44,040 bases of DNA, from contig RBNJ01000073.1 of the NCBI GenBank assembly GCA_003990765.1, positions 1 through 44,040 of the forward strand, in the 5' to 3' direction. The position numbers and the translations under genes were made by a program. Numbering within the stretch: position 1 is the first letter of the stretch; each line of letters opens with the position of its first letter. This document shows positions 1 through 11,874 of the stretch, piece after piece. The notes below the pieces were generated by a model, which saw nothing but the letters and a program-made list of their open reading frames with translations, made no database searches and was not told where the DNA came from. This DNA is from Jimgerdemannia flammicorona. Its lineage: Eukaryota.

Positions 1-2524
1 CAAGGACATCCTCGAATTTGTGGAGTATTTTCTTGAGTTCCTCCTTGAGTGGGAATTCATCTCCAATGGTGTAACTGTGCTTGCTCGTGTTTTCCTCCTT
101 TTTATGCTCGAGTTTAGTAATCTTGGTGCTGGCGAATACTCCTCTTCCTGTGGATCCGAATTCTTTCTTTTCTCTTTTTATTTCCTCAAGGTTCTTGACT
201 TGTATGATCCTTGGCTATATGATTGGGAAGATCAACATCTGTGCCAATCGGTCCTTCTTCTTGACTGGGAATGGAATTGTAGGGTTGTGGTTCCTAGCAA
301 TGAGTAGAATTTCTCCAGTATAGTCTGAATCAATGACTCCTCCTTCAATTGTGATTTCACTTCTAGCCAGGCTGCTTCTTGTCTTGAGAATCCCAACGTG
401 ATCCTTTGGGATGGTCATCTCTAGTCCAGTTGCGAGTAGGGTGGTTGTCTGGGGTTCGAGTACAGTTTCTTCTACTGTAGCGATGTCCATTCTGGCTGTG
501 TTTTCTGACTTATATTCTGGCAAGACTGCATCAGGGTGGATCTTTCGAATCTTGACCTTGATTTCTTCTTCATCATTACTGTCCTCCAGGAGGGCTGGTG
601 GTTCATCATCTTCCTCCTTCTCTTCTTCCTTGATCTGTTTTTCGAGAGCTTTCTGGCTTCTTTTCTGGTAGATCTTTCTGATTCTGATGGTACACTGGTA
701 GCAATCGTTGACATGCTCCATACAGTACATCTTGATTCCATGAGGACAGACTCCTTGTGGGGCATAGCCTTCTGCGATCTTCTTGCACCATTCTTCTTCA
801 CTCATCTATCCGACTTTCTTCTTCTTTGGGGTAGTCACCATATAAGCTTCCTCTTGCTCGCTTTCTTCTTCCTCCATATCGGGCAGGACTCCTTTGTTGA
901 CGTTGATGGGAATTCGTATCTTCTGTCCCCAGTAGGTGATTTGCATCTTCTGGGCATTGAGATCGATTACTGCCTTGGCTTTGTGAATTGCCGATGAGGA
1001 TGTCATAGTTGGTGGCATTGGTTACAATTACGTCTACTGGGATTGTTGCTCCTCCGATCTTGGGAACATCTCGGATCTTTCCCAGAGGTGTGGCTCTTGT
1101 GCCATCGGCTGTGACAAATACTAGCTTAGTTGCTTCTTCCACATCCCAACCTAGGCAGTCTGCTGCTTTCTTACTGAGGAGACATCCTCCTGCTCCTGTG
1201 TCAATGATGGCTTCAAAGACTCGATCTTCAATTTGGCATGTTGCATAAGCAGAGGTTTTGCGATTGTCCTCACTTTCTTCTCCTGAGTCCTCTTGAACAT
1301 TATTGGCCTCAGTTATCTTCTATCCTTGTTCCTTGGTTGTTTCGGCAAGTTCAAATCTCATTTGCTGTCTGAATGTTGGGATTTCTGCAAGCTGACCAAA
1401 GGTTGCATTGACCTTTTGTTGACTGAGATCCTTGAAGATATCATACTTGAAGGTCTTGGTCTTGCGAAGCTTCTTTTCTTTTTCTCCTTCACTGGCTGAA
1501 GTGGTTCCTCAGATGATATCTTGAACTGCTTGCTCCAGCTCGATATCCTGGTCTATTTCTTCAGCTTGACTTTCTGTGGCAGTTTCCATCTGCTTTTCCA
1601 CTGAATTCTTCTTGGGTCTTCCTGGCGGTCTCTTATAGGGTTCTTTGCAAACATCCTTCTTGGTGGTCTGAGCAGGATAGGCCTCCCATTCTTCTTCATC
1701 AGAATCTCCAATCTCCTCGAAGGTAATTATATTGGCCTGCTCCTTATTTCGTATGGCATTGTTTGATTGAGCCTTGCACTTGGTTTCGTTCATGCATTCA
1801 TAGGAGTAGTGGCCTTCTTCTCCACAGCTGTAGCAGGTATCTTTCTTCTTGTCTGAGGTGGCGGCAAACTTCTGAACAGGGTGGCGATCTCTTCCTCGGA
1901 TTTTCTTTACCACATCTCCCAGATGGGCAGTCATTTCAGCAAATCTTTTGGCAAGTTCCTCCATAGGGTCGCTGTTCTTTTGCTGCTCTGTAGCTTTTGG
2001 CTGAGGTGTTGGTCTTGTGGATGTCTGGCTATCCAGTATTGCTGAGCATAGATGACCCTTTGTGGCAGATCAAGAATCACTGGTGATGAGCGGATGGCCA
2101 TGGCTATTTCTGGATGGACTCCTTTCATGAAGGTTGCTTCAGCTACTTGATCTTGGGTAGCAGCAGCATAATCTGCAAGGATTATCTGATATCGAATTCT
2201 GGTATAGAATGTGTTTAGATCCTCACTCATTCCTTGGCACATTGTGTTGAGCTGATCCTTCAGGGCTTGCTTGATCTCGTCTATATAATATGTGTTTCAG
2301 AGCCAGGTCTTCTGTGCCATCAGTATAGCATCAGCATCATTTCCTGTATGAGTTGCGGCTGTGAATGCTGCTCTGACAGGGCCTCGTAGGCTGAAGGGCA
2401 TGAGGGCTACTTGCTGTGCTGCTGTCAGAGTCCTTACAGTAGCATACTGCTCGAAATCATCAATGAAGGTGATGATTGATTCATCTGAGGTATATCCATG
2501 GAATACTGGCGGTCTCATATCCAT
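1..2524 (-). pseudogene. Disrupted gag-protease-dUTPase-(pol) polyprotein of element A1
   Basis: ORF fragments 2297-2524, 1931-2242, 1509-1964, 798-1142, 806-1018 and 215-805 join into one polyprotein. The dUTPase domain lies at ~140-560. Confidence 0.88.
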
Positions 2525-2617
2525 CTTGTCTGGGTATTGGGGCTTGGTTTGTATGGTTGTTTGGGTAGTGGCGGTTGTTCATTATTCAGCTTGAAAGTGA
2601 GGGATTCGTCTTGAATC

Positions 2618-2635
2618 ACCAGCCAATGGGCACCA
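2618..2635 (-). promoter_or_regulatory. Primer-binding site of element A1
   Basis: Minus strand reads TGGTGCCCATTGGCTGGT 3 nt inside the LTR end, complementary to a tRNA 3'-CCA end (tRNA not assigned). A decayed equivalent sits at ~17,053-17,070. Confidence 0.7.
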
Positions 2636-2638
2636 AGT

Positions 2639-3114
2639 TGTAATGTAGCGGACGCTTACTCTTGAAAGTACATCAGATTTCTGTATCTTGAAAACTTGAC
2701 TGTTCTGACTCTCACAGAGTCTCTTGAAGTGGCAGGGGAGAGTGGGTGAGTTCGAAGTATATCTGCCCGCAGGCTTACTAGTTCCTTTGCTATCTCTTTG
2801 CTTTGAACTATTTCGATCTGAGGTTTATTCACTCAAAGATACTGGGTTATTTATACAAGTTTGCTAGCTATAAGAGGGTGGCTAAGTAATAAATGAGTCA
2901 TTTGGACTTTGTCGAAACATTTGGATAATGTCTAAATACTATACTAAATTGGGGTATCCGATTTAGATAATGTCTAAAATTTAGACAATGTCTAAGGATT
3001 TAGACAATGTCGAAATCGAGGACTGCTAACTATAATGCTATACTACTTTGGGAATAGGTGTGATCAAGTGTCTATTCCCTATTTCCTTCTTCCGAATCTG
3101 GCTGTACCATCACA
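2639..3114 (-). repeat. 5' LTR of element A1 (~476 bp)
   Basis: TGTAATG...CATCACA imperfect terminal inverted repeats; minus-strand TATAAATA at ~2848; short internal tandem (ga(t/c)aatgtctaa, ~4 copies); homologous to 17,074-17,548. Confidence 0.8.
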
Positions 3115-3269
3115 CTATATATTCAATAAAATTTCTATTAAGAACTAATAAACTTCTATAAATTGAAAAACTGCTTGACTAAGTATATAATATTAAGATA
3201 TTTTTACTTATTAATATTATATCTAGTTATTTCAGATTTATATTAAGGAAGAAGTTATCTCAAAAATAG

Positions 3270-5347
3270 TATAAGAGGGTTACTTATTAGGATAGCTATT
3301 ACATAGTTCTGGAAGGGTTTTCTGGAAGTTCTGAATGTTCTGGAAGACTGTTTTCTTAAGGTCAAGATTATTTTCATATGGAGTACATCCTCTATGCTTA
3401 TTGATTTCAAGATCAGGTTAATGTCTCAACCAAAGTCCTTTTTTGGACTAATTCTGGATGTTCAGAATTTTCCATATTTCAGGAAGTTCAAGAAACTAAG
3501 ATCAGCTTAGTTGAATCAGTATATTACTGCAGATAATACCCAATTAGAAAATTTCATAATAAGGTTAGGAGTAGGATCTAACAGAAAGTGAATTTACTTA
3601 AGAGTAGTTTATGAGTTATTAAATAGGTTTATTTGCTATTTATGATATTACTATACTAAGAGTAGTTGTGAGAAGAGATATTGTGAAGAAGTGCTCAGGA
3701 GTTGTGTTTGGATTATTCAAGTCTGAGATTCTAAGGTCTGGGAGAGGGGGTATTTATACTAGTAATGGGCTATCTGAACTATGCTGAATATAGATATAGC
3801 ACTTAGTACCTTGCTGAGTTGGAATACAGTTATATAGTACAAGTATGATCTGACATATCAAGAGATCATCTGACTGCTGAGTCAGTTCACAGTCATATCA
3901 TATAAGGCTAATCTAACTATACTATGACTACTAAGCTATTTATAGATTTAGACACTATCTGGATAGTCTTCAATGACATCACTATTAATAATCTCATCCC
4001 TAATAAAGTAGTTATCTAGGAAGAGTTGTTCACTGATTAATTCTCCTTGTTCACTAAGGTAATAATATATTGGGACTTTGTCACTATCTCATAGGATAGC
4101 ACCATCTATCTTGTATGCTAGATATAGAGTTGGTGGATGAAGAAGAGGTACATCATCTTCACTTTCATCAGATTTACTATCTGCATACATACCTTCTATA
4201 AGTCATGGCACTATAAGTTGCAGGGTTGTAATATGCTGGTGGTTGTACTTCATATTACTTATACTTAGATAGTAGGGTTGTTGGTTCGATCTTGAGGGTT
4301 GTCTAGAGGTACAGATTGTATTCTCCAGTCTCTACATTATAGTTAAAGTAATTGAGAGTAAATGTAGGCTGGTATTCGTGCCAGTGATCATTATTCCAAT
4401 AGGTCTCATAGGTGGTTATGAACTATTGTAAGTTCATTGATAAGATTGGCAGGGTAATTAGAGTTTGCAGAGATTCTTAGCTCAAGGTCATATCAGTATC
4501 AGAGAGATCATTATCTTCTACTTCATCATCATTAAACTGGATTATATTGTAGACATCCTTCATAGTATATCTGACTTGGGGCATTTGCAGGATGTAGTCA
4601 TCAGGATGCAGGAAAGTTCTGTCTGTAGTTTGAATATACTCAATATACTTGTGGTTGAGTTCTTGTATTATGTTGTTGATTTGGCCATAGGATAGAGTAG
4701 TAACCATTTCGATGGTAGTAACTCAGAGGCAGAGAATAAAGGTGCTGTACTCATAGAAGAGTTCTTGATGTTTGCAGGCAATAAGTTTCTGGTATTGAGA
4801 CATCTGGATAATGTCCATGTCATAGTAGTATTTGACTATGTCTTCTAGGAGATGGCCAATCTGGAAGTAGCTTGAGGTTTGTCCAATTTGGTAGGCCTCA
4901 CTAAGTATATTCAGGGTATTCCATCAGGCTTCTATGAAGTAGAGGAGTGCTAGGTGATGGATATTCATGAGTGGCAGAGGGAGTGTGGCTCAGTTGACAA
5001 TAGTATTCCAAATGTCAGCATAGATATAGTTGTAAATCTCAGTGGTCATATTTGTGTGTATGTTCAGGAGTTGGGGTTGTTTGTTTGGTTTATTGTGGTT
5101 CTCTGTTTCAACACATCTTAGTACTCAGTACATATGAATTTGGTTCTGATTAGTAAGATTCTATTTGTATAAATCTTGTATTCTGTGACTTTGAGTTGAC
5201 TCAGTTTTGTATACTGTGACTTTGGTTTAACTCTGCTTCATGATCTTGGAGGTAATTTCCAGATTTGTTCAGAGGTTGTGTATGATTTCAGTAGCTTGTT
5301 TGAAGAGTGACATGTGAATTCAGTGGCTTGGAGGTTGTTCACTTATA
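3270..5347 (-). repeat. 3' LTR of element B (2,078 bp)
   Basis: Aligns by eye to 11,875-13,223 at both ends; abuts the PPT on one side and the TSD on the other. Confidence 0.88.
3948..5049 (-). pseudogene. Decayed ORF of unknown function (~365 codons) inside the LTR of element B
   Basis: From ATG 5049 (MTTEIYNYIYADIWNTIVN...) the frame runs into ORF 4477-4707 and on to ~4200, interrupted only by TGA/TAA/TAG stops one transition away from CGA/CAA/CAG; one frameshift near 4200. The other LTR keeps CGA at one of these stops (~12,600). Confidence 0.7.
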
Positions 5348-5348
5348 A

Positions 5349-5361
5349 CTCTCCCCTTCTT
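5349..5361 (-). promoter_or_regulatory. Polypurine tract of element B
   Basis: Minus strand AAGAAGGGGAGAG just before the 3' LTR start. Confidence 0.85.
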
Positions 5362-5819
5362 AGCTTTTGATGTCCTCATCAGGACCTTCTAATTTTGGTC
5401 TAGTGTTGTTATACTATTTGGATGGTTAAAAGTCTGGTAAAGTCCATTTTTTTTCAGAAAGTGACATGCTCATAGTACAGTTGCCTAATGTATTGATTTC
5501 ATATATTAAAGAGTCATGTGTTCAATACCATATACCAGAAGTGATTCTGATGTCATTCACTGCTGGAGAATTTTATCTAAGGAATCTTCTTAAATGTCTA
5601 TGCCTTGTTTCCCACCAGTAGTATGGGGAGAATAGGCTGGCTTTCAGTTTTGCTATTTTTCTAAAGAGTTGGTATTTTATCTTGACTTGCTGAGTTCTTG
5701 ATTTTATTCATGATAATTATAATATTCAGGAGAATAATATATAGTATGTACTGATAGGTGCAGGAGTGTTTGGTTTTAGTTATTCAAGGAATCATATTCC
5801 TGAACTAAGTCAGTGGCAT

Positions 5820-8800
5820 TCTGAAGATTGGTCTTGGGTTCCTATGTTGCATCATGGATTGAGTAATCTTTCCATTTGATAAGATACTCAGAGTGGTTCT
5901 TGGGGTCACATTTGTTGAGGATTTGTTCAACTTCATATTCTTCTTGATCATGGATAATGATAGGTACAGGTGGTTTTGCAGTTTGGTTTGGAAATAGCTC
6001 ATTATCATTTTTGTTGTATTGCTTGAGATGTTGGACATTGAAGACTGGGTGAATCTTAATAGTGTCTGGTAGTGCCAATTTGTAGAAAGTAGGAGAGACT
6101 TGTACAATGACTTTGAATGGTTCAATAAATTTGCTGTTCAGCTTTGTAGATAGTCTATACTTAAGGTTATCAACTTGGTATCCTCAGATATCTAGTAGGA
6201 CTTTTTCTCCAATATCAAATGTTTCTTCTTGGCAGTGTTGGTTGACATACTGTAACTGTTGTTCTTGAGCTTGCAATAAATTCTCAATTGTGATCTAGCT
6301 TAGATTGCATATTCAGAGTAGGAATTCTTCAATAGCTTCAACTGTGGAGGATTCATCAGTAGTTCAGATAAGTGTCAGAGAGGTGTTTGGGTTTTGTCCT
6401 ATATTGGTAAAGAATGGGGTCATTCCTAGAGAGACTTGCTTACTATTGTTGTAGGCAAACTCAACTACAGCAAGGTATTCATACCAATCATCTTGTCTGT
6501 AGAAAACATAGTTTCTTAGTATTTATTCCAGAGTTTGGTTCATTCTTTCAGTTTGGCCATTAGTTTCAGAGTGAAAGGCTGTAGATAGTACAAGTTTTGT
6601 TCCATGGTGTACATGGAGGGCTTTTCAAAAATGGCTGGTAAATTTCAGGTCTTGATCACTAATAATTATCTTAGGAAGACCATGATAGTAGAAGATATTG
6701 TCAAATAAGAGTGTAGCTATGTCTGTACTATTGTAGTAGTAGTAGTTGGCACAAAGTGGGCTTGTTTGCTAAGATAGTCTACAAAGACAACAATTGCATC
6801 TTTCTCATTCTTAGTTTGGGGTAGTTGTATAATAAAGTCCATAGAGATTTGTTCTCAATTAGCAGATGGTACTGGGATGGGGTGAAGTAGGCCAGGTTTT
6901 GCTAGTGTTGAGGACTTGTTGCATTGGCAGGCATCATAGGAAGTGATGTAGGTCTTTAGCTGATCTGCCATATAGGGCTAATAGAAGTTTCAGGAAATAA
7001 CTTCATAGTATTTATCAAATCCTAAATGTCTGGCTGTAGGGGCATCATGATATTTAAATAGGATAGTCCTTTGGAGGTCTTGGTTGTTTGAAACATACAA
7101 TCTGTCCTTATAGTAGATAATATTTTCCTTCAGTTGGTATTGATAGTACCAGGTATGTTTGTCAGCATTGTCACTGTTCAGGATTTCTCAGAGTGCTTGA
7201 GCTTCATTATTATCAGCACATGCTGTGATAATTTGTTCTATAATAGAGTTGTTAACAAAGGTGAGAGTTTGGATAACTTCTTTGATTGGTAGTCTTGAGA
7301 TTGCATTGGTAACAATATTTTCCTTGCCAGGCCAATACTGGATTTTATAGTCAAAGTTGGTAAGGACTTTCATCCATCTGGCTTACTTTCAGGAAAGAGT
7401 AGCCTGGGTCTTGATGTTGACTAATAACTTATGGTCAGTCAATATAGTAAAGTGTGCTCTTTCTAGATATATTTGACATTTGATCAGAGTGTCTACAATG
7501 GCTAGTATTTCCATCTTATAGGTTGCATAGTTAATTTCAGTATCATTGAACTTGTGAGAATGATAGGTCACAGGGTATCCTTCTTATATGAGCACTGCTC
7601 CAAGAGCTAGGTCAGAGGCATCAGTAGTGACTTTATATGGTAGAGCAGGATTTGCTGCTTGAAGTACTGGAGTAGTTATCAAGGTATCTTCAGTACTTGA
7701 AAGGCTGTATCTTATTCAGATCTCTAGTTTACAAGATTGTTGAAGTCCTTTTCTTATTTCATGGTCTAGAGCTGTTCTTCTTTCTTACTATACTTGGTCA
7801 TTTGGATAAGAGTGATAGTGATCTTGGCAAAGTTTACAACAAATTATTAGTAATAGTTTGCTAATTCCAGAAATGACTGGAGATCTTTCAGCTTCTTCGG
7901 TCTGGGCCAATCCTTGATTGTGGAGATTTTGCTGAGGTCCACTTTGATTCTATTTGGTATGACAATGTGTCTAAGGAATTGAATTTCTTTCAGAAGAAAC
8001 TCACATTTGCTGAGTTTTGCAAAGAGTTGGTTTTCTTGGAGTTTCAGTAGTACTAGTTTGAGATGTTCAAGATATTCCTCTAGGGTTTTGCTGAAGACTA
8101 GGATGTCATCAATATAGACAACAACAAATTTGTCTAGGTATGGGTACAAGATGGTGTTCATCAGGGTCTGAAAGGTTGCAAGAGCATTAGTTAAGCTAAA
8201 GGGCATAACCAGAAACTTGAAATGTCCATAGCAAGTTTGGAAGGCTGTCTTGTAGATGTCTTCTTCTTTTATAGCAATTTGCCAGTAACTATTTTGCAGA
8301 TCAAAAGAGCTCATGAATTGTGAGTTGGTGAGCTATGGAATATTTCATCAATTCTGGATAGTGGGCAACAGTTCTTGATGGTCTGTTCATTGAGATCATA
8401 GTAATCAATGCACATTTGTAGGTCTTTTCCTTTCTTAACAATAAAGAGGACTGGTATACCATAGGGTGATACATACACTGGGTCTGATGAATCCTTGTTC
8501 TAGGAGTTTGTCAATTTCTTTCTTGAGTACATCAATTTCTCTTGGAGATATGTAGTAGATTGACTTGAAGGCTGGCTTGGCATCTGGGATAGTCTTGATG
8601 ATATGGTTTACTACTTATTTAGGAGGTAGACCTTTCAGGTGTTTCTTTGGGAATATGTCTCAGAATTTCTGAAGTAGGGGTCTAACATGGCTGTCAACTT
8701 TAGAAAAGTCTTCTTTAGAGTTCTCGGGTTCTCCTTTGGATAGGCAGATAGAGATGACAAAGAGAGGGCATTTCTTGACCAATTTCTTGAGCTATAGCTT

Positions 8801-9240
8801 GTTGATATGGATGATCTTTGATCCAGGGTCACTGGAACTGAGTGAGTCCCTTTCACCTTACAGTTTGAAGTTGTGGTGTCCTTTTGTAATAGTTAGGGAA
8901 TGGTTTACCCAATCGATCATGAGGTTTTCTTATTTTAACCATGGGATCCCAAGGATGATTTCATTATCAGGAAGTGGTACAATTTGGAGGATATATATAC
9001 TTGGTAGTCACTAATTTGGAAGGGTAGGTTGCAGACTTCCTTACTAATAACATGTGAGATTTCATCAGCTGTAGCAACTGCTTGAGTTTCTTGTATCAGA
9101 GATGTCAGGACCTTGAGTCTGTTGGCTGTTTCTTCATTGATGAAGTTGCCTGAGACACCACTGTCTATCATAATCTTGACAGGTGATTGGTTGACAAAAG
9201 CTTGATATATAAGTAGTTTGTCTGATCTGATAGTAGTGAT
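5820..9240 (-). pseudogene. pol of element B: protease, reverse transcriptase, RNase H, integrase, chromodomain
   Basis: MIDSGVSGNFI (PR, 9171); MPFSLTNALATFQ and YIDDILV (RT); TTDASDLALGAVL and FTILTDHK (RH); HDAPT..HLG/C..C (IN zinc finger); AFHSETNGQTERMNQ (IN core); EEYEVEQIL...YLIKWKDY (chromodomain). Many premature stops. Confidence 0.93.
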
Positions 9241-9439
9241 TTCAGTTGTAGAAGTTTTTCTTCTATTTGTTCTTCTTTGAGCCAGTTCATTGATACAAGA
9301 GAAGCAATTGTCGATTATTCAGAAAGAGTACATTCCAATGTCATGGGGGCATCAGCTACTGAGTATATATCCATCTTCGATTTTCTTGTAGAATTATTCT
9401 TCTTTATTCATGGTAGGTTGGGCTGGGGCCTTGTTTGAT

Positions 9440-9850
9440 GAGCCAAATCCTTTGGATCCTCAAATAGTAGGTAGTAGTTCAGGGACTTCTTTAACTCTCA
9501 GAACTGATTCGATTTTCTCAAATAGGATCTGAGTAATATAGAAACCAATGGGGATCTTGAAGGGTATCCAACTATGGTTTTGGATGAGGACAATGATTTC
9601 ACCTGTATAATCTTCGTCAATGACTCCTCCTTCTACTGAGAGTCTTTTCAATACTAGACTGCTGTGACAGCATATTCTTCCAATATGTCCTTCAGGGATT
9701 TGAATACTGATTCCTGTGTAGATTTGCTTGACTTCTCAGTTGGAGACTGTAGCTTCTTTGGCTGCATACAGATCATATCCAGGTGCCTTTTAACTTCCTT
9801 TGGTTGGGGCCTTGGCAGTTTATCTTAACTTAACAAAGTCCAGTATTCTG
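9440..9850 (-). pseudogene. dUTPase domain of element B, between gag and protease
   Basis: APGYDLYAA, TGISIQIPEGHIGRI, VEGGVIDEDYTGEI and C-terminal KGFGSS motifs. Confidence 0.88.
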
Positions 9851-9899
9851 GTAGTCAGGTTATTGAGGTGATGCAGAGTAGTAACAGTTGCTCATATAG

Positions 9900-11200
9900 C
9901 TATTTGGGGTTTTTGATTAGGGCAGACACTGGCCATGTATCCTATCTTTTGGTAATAGAAGCATGCTCCACTTCTTTGAAGTTCATTTCTTTCTCCTTCA
10001 GTGAGTTTCTTGAAGATACTTGGCTGAGTGAGTTCATGATTTCAGGATGTTCAAGAGGTGGATGTAGAGGGAGCTTAAGATGCTTCATACTTGGGTTCTT
10101 CTTTCTTGGTCTAAGTCTTTTTCTTGTTATTGAATTATCTTCAAGGCAGAATTGGTCCAGCTGTTAGGATTCACTTGACCATAGTCTTAATTCTTTCCAG
10201 GCACCATTGTTGGTAGTCACAACCAACTGGGTGTCCTTGTTCTTGGATTTTCCTTATAAGCCATTTAGGTAGTACATCAAATAAATGGTCTGCTCTTGTA
10301 CCATTTCATGCTTCATCATTGGCAATATATCTTAAGTCAATAGTGTTCAGAAGTGACTTGAGTTTTGTATAGAAGATTTCGAATTCCTCCTTGCCATATA
10401 CATCAAATTTGAGGTTACAGGGTCCAACTCGAGATTCGGCAATCATGGTTTCACTGCAGTATTGAGCAATCATGAGTTTTTTGAGTCCTGGGGCTATAGG
10501 GTGGGCTCCATATCCTGGGGTATTGTTTGCTGCATTCTGAGCAACTACTGTAGGTCAGATATCCCATGTGAGGGGTTTTTTAGGAAGGGTTTACTACTAT
10601 TCTTTAGTGGGTCCTTAGAAGAATGTAACAACTTGACAGACATAGGCTGTAGTAGTAGCAAAGAGTTGTTCCAGAGTCTGGTCTTGATTGTTTATCAGAA
10701 GGCAGTCAGCAACTCACTCAATGGTCTATTGATTGGCTTCAAAGTTGATATTAACTACACTAATAAAGCTTTGAACTTCTTATGCAGTACCATTGAAGGT
10801 AGGTAGACTCAGATTTTTGGTTGCTCAGGTCTGTTTGGCTAAGGCAGTAATAGTTGCTGCCATTATGGCTATCTGGGCTGTGAGATCTAGAATCTGTTGA
10901 TTTGCTATATTATTTGTTAGAGGTGGTTGGACTACTGGTAGTGGTGTTACTGGTACTACTTGAGGTACTGGTGCAGAGTGTGATGGTGTTCTTTGAGTCT
11001 GTATAAGTTGCTGGAGTAATAGTTGTGGGTCTGGAGTAAGGGCTTGATAGATAGCTGTCTGTTGCTATATAGGTGTGTTCTGTCCTGATAGAGGTACATC
11101 TCCTTTAGTAGTATATTCAGGATTGAATTTACTGAGATACTCCTCCTCCTTTTTGGCTTAGTCCCCATATAGTTGAGTTTGCTCAGTATCAAAGTAGACA
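9900..11200 (-). pseudogene. gag of element B (decayed; 5' limit uncertain, may extend to ~11,790)
   Basis: Decayed CCHC knuckle CFY(C>Y)QKIG(H>Y)MASVC at ~9920-9965; Pro/Thr-rich region upstream; position between 5' LTR and dUTPase. Confidence 0.7.
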
Positions 11201-11874
11201 GAATCAGTTATATATCTGATTTCAGATAGACTCAATTCAAAGTCAAGTTCTGGTTCAGTATTGATTTTGGGGTCAGATAGGGCTACATATAGCTAGGCCT
11301 GCTTCTGGTTTGGAGTCAGGTTGTTGATAAAGAGTTTCTCTTACTTCTTCTTTAAGAATATAGCAGACCTTGCTGTTCTGAAAGTAGTAGTATAATGTGG
11401 TCTTGGTTCTGATACAGTGAAAATCAGTAGAGTTGAGCCACTTGGCTACAGAGACTTGGGCTTTGTGAGGAACTAAGGCTAGAAAGACTGCTGCTGGTTG
11501 TCCTAGATTATTCAGATGTGTGGAGCTGACAAAACTCTTATTGAGAAGAGTGAAGAAGACTTCTATAAGACCCTCTTTATCTTGACTTGCAGGGTGTAGA
11601 GCAAGAAGTTCAGTATATAGGGTTTTGTCTATCTGCTGATTTAATTGGAGTACTTCTTTCTTTAAATGAAGTCTGTCCCACTTGTTGTAGGTATAGAGGT
11701 CAAATTGTCCTTGTATGTCAGGTTCAATTCTCTCTAGATTGTCAGATAGTTTGGGATAAATTCCAGTTCAGAGGTTGGGCTCTATACTAACTTATAGGAA
11801 TTCTCAGAGGGGTTTATAGTAGAGTGAGAAAGCATCTTAAAGCAGAATTGGATTGTAAACTACTGCTACAAAGT

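Larger units (their letters stand above)
1..3114 (-). mobile_element. Ty3/Gypsy LTR retrotransposon family A, copy 1 (5' part; continues off the window start)
   Basis: Minus-strand order: LTR, PBS, gag (MDMRPPVFHGYTSDES; CCHC knuckle CYSCGEEGHYSYEC), aspartic protease (IIDTGAG...FVTADG), Cys-rich module, dUTPase (RSSLA, GGVIDSDYTGEI). Broken by stops and frameshifts. Confidence 0.92.

Noticed and set aside
215-805. Host dUTPase gene (dut)
   Set aside because: It lies within the retrotransposon polyprotein between PR and RT, and recurs in copy A2.
2600-2635. tRNA gene
   Set aside because: Only an ~18-nt CCA-ending match beside the LTR, i.e. a PBS; no cloverleaf.
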